Assembly: GCF_000143415.4 (NCBI RefSeq)
Contig: NW_003314269.1
Span: 1,805,544-1,869,543 of the forward strand
Direction: 5' to 3'
Source: Selaginella moellendorffii
Lineage: Eukaryota; Plantae; Lycopodiophyta
DNA length: 64,000 nt
This document shows positions 22,931 through 33,693 of the stretch, in pieces (the stretch's first letter is position 1; each line of letters begins with the position of its first letter). The position numbers were made by a program, and so were the translations under genes. The notes beneath the pieces are model-generated. The model was not told the DNA's origin. It saw nothing but the letters and a program-made list of their open reading frames with translations, and ran no database searches.

Positions 22931-24020
22931 AAGCTTCCAGGCCGATCGAGCTTCTATCTTGCAGGATCTTTGTGCTTGTGGCTCGCATCAGCCTAGCGCC
23001 CAGCGCCCAGCGCCCAGCTGAAGCGGCATCGCATCGCCCAGCCCAGCGCCCAGCACCAGCTGCTGGTTGGCGAGCTCCTTGGCTAGTGGCGGCCCTGGCT
23101 GCGGGCGGGGCGACTGGCCCAGGCCATCGCACGGCGCTGTCGTTGCGACTGAAGGCACCAGGGCGGCGATAAGGCAGCGGCCGAATGCGGTGGCCATGGG
23201 GGCGGCGACGTAGCTAAGGGAGAGATGAGTTGTCAGCCGAGTCCTCATCCCAGAACAGAGTCTCTAGCAGGGAAGAGAACACGCCACATTCATTACATCG
23301 GACACCACTATCCACGTGGAGTGACACGTGTCAGGTGATCAAAACTGCCATCTGGACAGTCTCCCACAGGCACAGGCTTCCGACCGTGAGCAGCACCGCG
23401 GGGATCCCAGCCAGGCCGAGTGAGAGCCGCCAGCTCCAAGGGTGGAGCTTGCCGATGAGGTTGGCGATGAGGATGCCGATCGTCATGGAAGAGAATGTTG
23501 AGGCCACCCCAGTAACGACTGGGAGCAATCTCGGAGAGGTAGAGCGGGACAAAGCCGACGCCACAGCCGAGAAGGATCCGCCCGATGATGAGCATGGCCA
23601 GGTTCTCTGCAGCAGCGTTGAACACCACCCCAGCAATGAAAAACAGTCCCGCGATCACCATGGCTGGCTTCCGACCGAATCTCTGCGTCATGTACGAGGC
23701 TGCGAAGGTGGCCACCAGACCCGCAAGGTAGAGCGACAACGTAAATGCCTGCAGGCCCTGGTCGTCAAACTTGCAGTAGTTGCCTTCTTTTCCAACAAGC
23801 CGCAACTTCTTCTGTAGAATGCTGGGGAAAAACTTTCCTAGGAAATCATCCATGGAGGTGACACCACCTGCACAAAAACGAAGTGACAAGAAATCTTCCA
23901 AGGAGTGAAATTGAGGCTTACTTGAGATCCCAACATCATATCCAAACATAAGTCCTCCCAGAGCTGCTAGAAGGCAGGCAACAGCCACGTAGGCGGTGCA
24001 GCCCATGGTTTCAAGCTCGA
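22931..24020 (-). pseudogene. STP13: Second truncated STP chimera, inverted relative to 17398-18492
   Basis: Same breakpoint (LCLWET|VQMAVLIT) and the same tail ending ...GATAGAAGCTCGATCGGCCTGGAAGCT. Confidence 0.9.
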
Positions 24021-24104
24021 CCAGTAGATACAATTGTGTGCTTCTTGCTAACTTTCTTTTTATCCTGTCCACTTACTTTGTCCTCTTGTGGCAAAGAGGA
24101 TGCA

Positions 24105-25960
24105 ATTTGGCAAACATGGAGGAAATTCAGGTTTTTCAAAGTTTCCTTTAAAGCTCTTGTTGTTTATATTATAGAAAAGCAAAGAAGGTCTTCACAAAGA
24201 TTAGGAACGCTTTAGGCAAAATTCTAAATGGATTAAAATTTTGAATTTTGAATTTTGAATCCCTTCCCTCTTTAATCTATGAGTTGTTGTTCAGAAGCTT
24301 CACAAAAAAAAGTTTTTTTTTTTGCAAGAAGCCAAAGCAGGCAGAGATATTTGGTCAACACAAAGAAGCTTCCTTTAGAGCTGAAGTTTTTGTTGTAAAG
24401 ACCAACATTATTATAGAAAAATAAAAAAGGTACAAATGCTTAGAGTTACTTGTCTTCTTATGGAAAAAAAAGTCCTTTTTGTTTTGAGGGCTTCTGAATT
24501 AGTAATAACTTAAGTAGTAGTAAATTAGAGAGGGAAGGAATTCTAAATCTATTTAGAATTCAGCCATTAATACTTTGCTTACTTTTCGATGATATAATCA
24601 AGAGATAAAGCTAGTCTCTATAACAAAAACTTTATGCCCTAACCAAATTGTTTATATCTTTACCTACTTGTCACTTATGAACTAGCAGTAGTATATTAGA
24701 GAGGGAAGGGATTCTAAATTTTAAATTCTAATCTAATTAGAATTTTATGTAATTTCTAAGAGATAATATTTATTTCTACAAAAACAAATTTAAGCTCTAA
24801 AGGAAGATTTTTAGAAAACCTTGAATTTCCTCCATGCTAATGCCTATTTAGTTCTCCTTTTGTAGAAAAAAACTTTTTTTTTTTTGGGCTTCTAAACTAG
24901 CAACAACTCAAGTAGCAGTATATCAAAGAGGGAAGGAATTCTAATCCATTTAGAATTTCATCTAAAGTATTTGTGATCTCTATAAAGCCATTAATACATT
25001 GTTTACTTTTCTATGATATAATCAATAAATAAAGTTAGTCTCTATAACAAAAACTTGCCCTAAAAGAAGCTTCTCTATATTGACCAAATTGTTTATATCT
25101 TTGCTTACTTGTTGCTTATGAACTAGCAGTAGTAGATTAGAGAGGAAAGAGATTCTAAATTTTAAATTCTAATCTAATTAGAATTTTATGTAATTTCTAA
25201 GAAATAATATTGGTCTCTATAACAAAAAATTTAAGCTCTAAAGAAAACTTTTTGGAAAACCTTAAATTTCCTCTGTATTGATGTTTATTTAGTTCTCATT
25301 TTGTAGAAAAAAATTTCTTTTCTTTTGGGCTTCTAAAGTAGTAGCAGTTCAAGCAACAATAAATTAGAGAGGGAAGAGATTCTAAATTCTAATTCATTTA
25401 TAATCAACATTTTCTCTTGATTATATTATAAAAAAGTATACAAGGTATTAATGGCTTCACAAAGATCATGAATGCTCTGGGTGGAATTATAAATGGATTT
25501 AGAAACTATTTGAGCTATTGCTAGTTTAAAAGTCCTTGCAAAAAAAAGAATTTTTTTCCATAAGAGGACAAGTAGTTTCTAAATGTTTGTACTTTTCTTA
25601 TTTTTCTATGATAAGCTAGTCTCTACAACAAAAACTTGAGCTCTAAAGGAAGCTTCTTCGTGTTGACTAAATATCTTTACCTACTTTGGCCTCTTGCAGA
25701 AATAAAAATTCATTTTTTGTGGGGCTTCTGAACTAGCAATAATTCATACATTAGGTCAAAATTTAAAATTCAAAATTTTAATCCATTTAGCTTTAAAGTA
25801 AACTTTGAAAAACTTTGAATTTTCTCCATGTTGGCCAAAGTATTTATATCTTCACCTACTTATCTCTTTAGAGCAAAAAAAATACCCTGTTTTTTTGTAA
25901 GGCTTTTGAATTAGCAACAACTTAAGCAGTAGTAGATTAGAGAGGGAAGGGAGTATCAAA
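24105..25960. repeat. AT-rich foldback-type element: long imperfect inverted arms with internal direct repeats
   Basis: ~24105-24600 is the diverged reverse complement of ~25420-25840. Internal unit CCATTAATAC...AGTCTCTATAACAAAAAC...TAGAGAGGGAAG repeats at ~24563 and ~24988. Confidence 0.75.
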
Positions 25961-26099
25961 CCAAAGGATAAAAAGAGCATAATAGCAAAAGCAAGCTTGC
26001 CTAAAACTTGCATATTTAGTGTAGTGTTAACAAAAATCAGAAAGGTGCGTGAATAATAGCAAGATCAAGAGCCACCACCACTCAAATCAAAAGGCTTTT

Positions 26100-29000
26100 A
26101 ACCATAAGGAATATTTTCCCACATTCTTCCACACACACATTTATGGATATATTGTGCAATTTGTAAAACAAGCTAAAAGTGAATTACAAACAAAAACAAA
26201 CGAATTGAAATAAATTCAAACGAAATCAAAGAAGACAAATGAATTAAAATGAAGATGAACAAAGACAAACCAAAATAAATGAAGACAAAAAAAGACACAT
26301 GGCAGCTCTCTAGCCCTCTTAATTTCCTTTTGAATTCAAGTTGTAACTTCTTCATCTACTAACTCTCCTTCAACTGCTACTGAAGCACCTAGCTGTGACC
26401 TTCTGCACCTAGGAACTTCAATTGAAGTTGGCTCTACCATACTCCAAATCTTCTCAAGCCTAAAAACTCAAATCATTTTCTCTGTTCAATTCGCAAAGGA
26501 ATTGCCTGTTGCTACACTAGGAAATCCTATCCCTAGGGCGGAATTTCTCAAGAAAACAAGAAAAAGGGACCAGATCTACTCCAAAATTTCTCCCAGATCA
26601 AATCTCCAGAGAAAGAAACGAGACACCTCCTACCATCAAATGATGTGATTCCCTGGAACACTACAAGCACAAATTTGTTAGTGCTCATGGCTCCGATACC
26701 AAAGGTGGAGCTTCAGCTCAACGCGTCAAGAACAAGAAACAAGAAACTTATATTTCACACTAATAAATCCTAATACAAATATCAACTAACTTGAATCAAC
26801 TATTCTATTAAGTTGACAATCATGAGCAGCAGCAACAACAGTAGTGCCAACAGCTCTTGGATCATCCTTATGACAATCCATTCTCTCTCTCAAGCAATTT
26901 ACTGCTCGTGAGCAAAGAGTCCACTAGTGACTTTTTAATGGGCCATAGATGCCCATTTATAGCCCACCATAACCATTTTATGCCCCCAAAGATGCAAATG
27001 AATATTTTTTAGCCAATTATGAGTAAGTAGCGCAAGATGAATTAGTATGCCAAGATCATCATTCTCTCCAAGCTCAATGACACTATCATGATGTGTGTAA
27101 AAGATCTTTTTGTCATGTGAGATTGCTACAAAAGGACCTTTTCTTTGTGAATGCGCCATTCCAAACCACCCTTTGCTCATTTCCTTTCCACAAAGATTTA
27201 TGGTGTTTTGAAAACCTCCCGAATGAGTGTGATCAAGAACAACATCAGGGTAATGTGATTCCAGGTTGGAGATGCCTTTGACGAGCTTATCTCCAACTGG
27301 AATGAGCTGGAAGGAAGTGGAGTGGGACACTCAGATGCCAAGAAAATGCTTGTGCTTTGTGATTGCTTCTAGGATTTTGTCTTTGAAGCAGTTGTCTTTC
27401 AACGTGACCTCATTTCAACATGCAAAAAACCTCCTCAAGTCTGAACTGATGCACAAGAGTTTCTTGGCAGGAAATTTGAGTCTGGTTGGAGAAAAGACAC
27501 CAATGGGTGTGTACAAGCTGGAGAAAACGTATCCAAGTGAGTTTGAGCAACATTCCTTTTGGGCTGGAAGAGCTAGAGGAAGCAGAGGAGGACGAAACGG
27601 TTGTGGCCATGGATCCTAGATCTTTAGTCAACAAGTTGATATAAAGTGTAGGTCCTGAAAAGAAAGGGCTGAAAGGAGATTGTTGGGCTTGAGGAATTAG
27701 TGCCTAGTCATCAAATGGTTTGAACAGTTTTAAATTGGTGTGAAGACAATTGCAAATGCCACAGTAGTAGAAACTGAAGAATGCTTAAGTGATTGGGTAA
27801 GTGGAGAGCCTTGATCATCCTTGACACTAACTCTTGATTCACGATCTGAAGAGCACATGATGAAAGATTGAAGCCTTTTCAAAGGACTTGAGCTTGCACA
27901 AGGATGTTGTGTGAGAGTTGGAAATGAAAAAATTCTACAAGTTTCTGGAAAAGGAGATGTAGAAGTTCCAGTAGGTGATAACAATGTTTCAAGCTGGCAA
28001 ATGCTTAGTTTGTTCCTAAGCTTGTTAAAAATTTGGTCTCTGTAGCAAGGTTGATGGATCAAGGTGTTAATCTCCACTTTTGAGAAATGGATGCACGGTT
28101 TCCCCACCTAGTGGTCCTTCTATTTTCTTTCCAAGAGCTAGAAACATGTATAAGCTTAATCTATGTAACAAGGCAAAAGGAAATTGCATGCTGGTTAGTG
28201 TTTAGATTTGGCATGAGAGACTAGGACATGCAAAGTACCCACTTATCAATCTCATGGTAAAAGAAAACTTGGTCAATGGAATTCAATTTCCATGCAAAGA
28301 AGCCTCCAAGATTTGTCATGGGTGTCAACTCAAAAAACAAATGCGAAGGAGTTTTCCCTTGTCTAGCTCTACCACAACACAATGCCTTGAAATTCTTCAC
28401 ACAGATCTTTGTGGCCTAATAAGAACACAATCTCATACTGGAAAGAGATCCTTCATCATGATTACTTCAGAAGGTGTGAAGTATACTTCCTCCACAAAAA
28501 ATCACAAGCACTTGAGGTATTCAAAGTTTTTCTAGCGACAGCTGCAGATTAGGAAAATCTAAAGTGTGTTTGATCATACATGTCCACAAAATTGGAAGCT
28601 TTTTGCAAATCTCGAGGAATTATTTATCAAAAAACTTATCTGAACACAGCTCAACAAAATGGAGTTGCAAGAGAAAGAATAATCAATCATGAAGACACTG
28701 AGATGTTTTCTGGAGACATATGGACTACCAAGGTTTTTCTGGTCAGAAGCTATCTGCACTACCATTCAAGTGCAAAATCTCTTGCCACATTCAGCTTGTG
28801 GAGGAGTGCTAGAACAACTCTAGACTAGGAAGAAGTAGAGTATTCAATACTTCAAGGGACTTGGATCACTAGCATTTATGTATATCAAATTGGTAAACTT
28901 GATCCTAGAAGCAGAAAAATATTCTTTCTAGGATACAAGCCAAACACCAAGGGATATAAGTGGTCGGATCCACACACAAGAAAAATAGTGATCTCTACAA

Positions 29001-30828
29001 ATGTTCAATTTGATGAAAACACTCTTTATAGAGACATCATCACACAAAAGAAACATGTAGAGACTTGGGAACCAAAGTAGTGGATGTGGGAGCGAGATGA
29101 AGATGATGAGCTTCCAAGTTCACGAGAAAATGTCATTGAACACTTGGAAGAACAAGATGAACAAGACCAAGTGCAAATAGATTCAATTCAAAATTCTTCA
29201 GAGACTCAAATTTGTGAACTACTAGTGGTTCCAGAAGTGGAAAGGGCTAACCAAAGATCTACCATTTGGCACAAAAGAGTATGGACGAGATCAATATGGT
29301 CACACTAATGTTGAAGTGCCAAAGCTACCATACATAAAGAAGCCATAAGAGGGTAGGAAGTAAAGAAATGTCTCATTGCCATGCAAGAGGGTATGGTTTC
29401 TCATGCACAAAATGGTACATTTGAGCTTGTGCCTAAGGTTTCAGAATGTGAAACAATTGGTGGCAAATGGATCTTCAAGCATATATTAGATGCTCAAGAG
29501 ATGTAGCACAAGGCTATTTTTAGATAGTAGGGATTGATTATCAATCAAAGCAACTAGCATCTGAACACTGCTAACCTTTGTTGCACAACACCACTTGGAA
29601 GCACATAATCTCAATGTGAAAAAAACTTTTTTGAATGCACCTTTGAAAGAGGATTTGTGGATGAAGCAACCACTAGGATAGATTCCCATCAGAATTCAAT
29701 TTGATGAAACCTTCTCCTTGAAGGAACTCATCGATACAACAATACCATTGCCTCGACACTTGCTTGAGACCATAGACAGCTTTTCTTAGCTTGCAAACCA
29801 ATTCCTGTCCATCCTTCCCATTATGTTGATGATTGTTTACTTCTGGGCAACAAAGCTTATAAATAGCACCAAGGAAAAGTTTAAAGTCGAGATTCAAGAT
29901 GATTGATCTAGGTGAAGTGACCAAACTTCTAGGCATAGAAGTCACGCGTGATTAACAAGATGGTTCGATGAAACTGTCCCAGCCTTCTACATTTCTAAGT
30001 TGCTGCTCAGTTTTTTTGACTCAGCAAAGGCAACTCAGTCCCTACACCCATGGTTGCTGGCATGAAATTCTCTAAAGAGATGGATCAACATATCAAGATG
30101 CAAGCATGTACAGGTCACTAATTGGAGGACTGCTTTATCTTGCTAACAGCACACAACCAGATATCTCATTTGCAGTTCGACTCCTTAGAAGATTAGATTG
30201 TCACCAAATGTAGCTCATTGGCAAGCGGGCAAAAGGGTTCTACAATATCTTCAAGGCACAGCTGAATTGGGAATCAAATTTCATCACTCTCCAGATCACT
30301 CCTTGAAGTTATTAGCCTACTCAAATGCAGATTGGGCAGGGGATATAGACACAAGACCTTCCACAACAGGAATCTGCTGTATACTGGTGGAAGCACCAGT
30401 GTCATGGACTAGCAAAAAACAGGCCACTATTGCACTTTTAAGTTCAAAAGCAGAATACATAGGAGACAGTTTGGCTACGACAAATGCTGGTTGAGCTGGA
30501 GCAAGCACAGTCATAACCAACTCCATTGTTCTGTGACAACAAAAGCACAATCGTGATGTCAAATAACCCAGTGTTTCACTCCAGGACAAAACACAACATC
30601 ACTTTGTTTGGGAGAAAACAACAGATGGTGAAATCAACTTAATTCACACACCAACACACACTCAAGTTCACAAAGGCACTTGGAGAATCCAAGTTTTTCA
30701 AGCTCCCACATAAGTTGGGAGTCTGAGCTTGATCGGGGAGTGTTGGAATAGTTGGTTGATATTTGTATTAGGTTTTATATACAAGATTTTTGTTCTTGTT
30801 CTTGACACGTTGAGTTGAAGCTCTGCCT
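26100..30828 (+). mobile_element. Decayed Ty1/copia LTR retrotransposon with internal inversions
   Basis: Copia domain order: protease (LDS..EHM, ~27830), IWHERLGH, integrase (LHTDLCG, AQQNGVA), RT (KWIFK, MKQP, YVDD at ~29822), RNase H (YSNADWAGDIDTRPSTTG, SWTSKKQ). PPT and 3' LTR at 30741-30828; 5' LTR and Met PBS on the minus strand at 26689-26810. Confidence 0.9.
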
Positions 30829-31689
30829 CTCTCGTTTCATGACTTTGTCAAAATTGGCGTGCGAAGAAGCACTCAAGGACCTCCTTGAGCAAGATGGTTC
30901 CTTGATCCAGCTGCTCTTGTCAAACTTTCCACTGTCTCGCGCCATCTCCTTGAGAGAAGTCCCGCTCATGGGCACCATGAAACCTTTGAAGAATTCTTGC
31001 TCATATCCAGAAACCAAAAACCTGTGAAGTGTCTGGAACAGCAGCCTTGTCTCTGTGCTGCTCGGAGGAAGCCACTTGTAAGATGACAAGCACACCAGTT
31101 CGTCCTTCACAAACTTGCTGGCCATGTCTGTCGCATCTTCCTGGACCATGACGTGGACAGAGCCTTCTTGCTGCTGCCTGTTGAAAACCACTGCAGAGCG
31201 AGTGAGGCACTCCAGCTTTGCGGCCTTGAACGAGACCGGATCAAAAGCTTCTGGGGTGACTTCGCCACCAGTGGAAGAACACCTTCCCTGCCTCTGGAGG
31301 TGATCAAGTTCTCGATGCCCAGCAGCCAGTGTATGGCCAGGAAATGAATAGTGAGCAGCTGGGAGAGCTCTCTCGAGAACAACACATGACGCTTGTATAT
31401 GGTTGACTCTTCTCCTTCTAAAGCATTAGGGAAGTGAGCAAGGAGCCATGGCAGGAGATGAATGCAAGAGGTTCCAGAATGGGATCTTGACCAAGCTGGG
31501 TTGAAAATCCAAGAAACTGGCTGTGTGACACATATCAGCCACACCACACTCTGTTAAGAGCCTTGGCTTCTTGAGGAGTCATGTAACTTTTCATCACTGT
31601 TCTGCACTCACTTGTGCCATTAAGGTGATTATCCCACTAAAAGAATGGCCAGCATTAATGGGTTATAGATGCCCCCATCTCTAGTGCTT

Positions 31690-31813
31690 TAGTATGAATT
31701 AATATTAGTGTAGTGGGATTTTGGTAGCCGTTGGATTAATTTCAATTCAAACCATTAGCTCTTGTATATAAGCTAGGGTTTTTGGGCTAATTGATATGAA
31801 CATTTCTATATTC
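31690..31813 (+). mobile_element. LTR fragment of the same family as the gypsy 3' LTR at 47750
   Basis: 31699-31813 matches 47786-47899 (TAATATTAGTGTAGTGGGATTTT...TATATAAGCTAGGGTTTTTGGGCTAATTGATAT). Confidence 0.8.
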
Positions 31814-32032
31814 NNNNNNNNNNNNNNNNNNNNNNNNNNNNNNNNNNNNNNNNNNNNNNNNNNNNNNNNNNNNNNNNNNNNNNNNNNNNNNNNNNNNNNN
31901 NNNNNNNNNNNNNNNNNNNNNNNNNNNNNNNNNNNNNNNNNNNNNNNNNNNNNNNNNNNNNNNNNNNNNNNNNNNNNNNNNNNNNNNNNNNNNNNNNNNN
32001 NNNNNNNNNNNNNNNNNNNNNNNNNNNNNNNN
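31814..32032. other. Assembly gap (N run)
   Basis: Run of n characters. Confidence 1.
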
Positions 32033-32841
32033 CACTCCTAGTCCTATTATCCATCTGGGAATGTGGAGACCACTATCACGATTGATAAAAATGCTCATGT
32101 TACTTTTGAAATAACAGTCCAGAGCAAGAGAAATGAAGAAATGAACAGCACAGCGAAAAGCACCAAGAAATCTACTCCATAAAACTTTCCATGACATTTG
32201 TAATTTACATATTAATTCATATTAAAAACTCTATTGCTTGCCTATATCGCAATCCTTTCATATGATAAGACCAAGGTATATTTTGCAGTGAATCCTCATT
32301 AAAAGTTTTTGAGAATTGTTTGTAAATAATGATAAAAGAAATCAAAATCTTTCGAAAGACTCAAAAGTAATATCACATCAAAGAATCAACTTTATCTACA
32401 TTTCCAAGACTGAAAGGCAATCTCACATGAGAGAATGGTAGCATGCCAACGTGCTTTACCACTATAATGTGGTCTATATTTCCTTGCAATTTATTTCCCT
32501 AGACATTTGGCATGTGTAGAAAAGAATATATGTGTAGCAAAGTAGGATTCATCATAATGATAGAGCATGTGTATACACGATAATCTAAAATTCTAGAAGC
32601 TCTTATGTTTACAAGAAAGCTATGATTATGAAGCCCCATTTCCAAGACTGACATTTAAAGAATCTGAGTATTGTCAGTGTCATAATAAATAAACCTCATT
32701 CCCAAGAATCTGAGTATTGTTAGTGTCATAATAAATAAACCTCATTCCCAAAACTAAAACTTAGCATATAAACTATCTAGAAAAGTTATAGTCATTGTAG
32801 GTTTTTTGTTCTCCTTGAGCTCCTTAGAAGTTTATATTGAA

Positions 32842-33384
32842 ATGGCTCAAAGGAGACTCATTGCTAATCGTACTTGGCCCCCCAGCATTTCATATCAATC
32901 TCCACCTCCATCCCCAAGTTCTACCAACATTCCACCTTCACCTCCATATAACAATCTTTTTTTTACTAAGGGCTCTAGTGAAGATGAATTAGAGCTCCCT
33001 ATATGTGAAATTCCGGATCTTGCTACTAGAGAGGGATTGCCTCCAGCGCTTCAAGAGCAATGCCACATGTTTTTGCAAGATCTTGCTCCTAACATGGCGG
33101 GACTACTTGAAAGCACAAAACGCTATTACATCGGTGTCCAATATGTTATTTTTTCTTGGACAAGACAAATGGCTCTATGGATTTACAAACTTTTCTTGAG
33201 CACTGTACGAATTGCCCAATGGCAGGTCTGGAAAATGTGCACGTGTGGATGTACAATAGATTCAAGAATGAGTTACAGATATACCTATTATCGCTTCATG
33301 GTGAGGAACAACATCCCCTTGGGAAACATTGCATTGGCTAGTGCAAAATATAGGGTTTTTAGGCCACCCTATAGTGGAATGTAA
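32842..33384 (+). CDS. Hypothetical protein (~180 aa), putative transposon accessory ORF
   Basis: Open ATG-TAA frame in AT-rich DNA, Pro-rich N-terminus, CTCGC motif; no family recognised. Confidence 0.4.
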   Translation: MAQRRLIANRTWPPSISYQSPPPSPSSTNIPPSPPYNNLFFTKGSSEDELELPICEIPDLATREGLPPALQEQCHMFLQDLAPNMAGLLESTKRYYIGVQYVIFSWTRQMALWIYKLFLSTVRIAQWQVWKMCTCGCTIDSRMSYRYTYYRFMVRNNIPLGNIALASAKYRVFRPPYSGM

Positions 33385-33693
33385 GATCTAGAATTACTTT
33401 ACTATACTATAGTATTGCCACTATTAAAAGAAAAAATATAATAAAATGATATTAGTTGTAGGTAACATACCTTGTTCTAGAAGGTGCTATCATATCACAT
33501 ACAATTGTTTACAAAATGTTGAAGGAGGAGATGGCAACACACAAGCGTTACAAAGTGATGGTGATAGGTGAGAATGATAATCTATAATTATGGTATCTGA
33601 CACTGACACTGACATTTGACAATTTTATTGACATCTGACACTTTCACTGACATTTAACATATAACAAGCTTTCCATTTTATGTAAGGATGCAA

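Noticed and set aside
30830-31560. Coding-like minus-strand fragment
   Set aside because: Frameshifted and not assignable to a family from memory.
31787-32197. ORFs spanning the N run
   Set aside because: Artefacts of the assembly gap.
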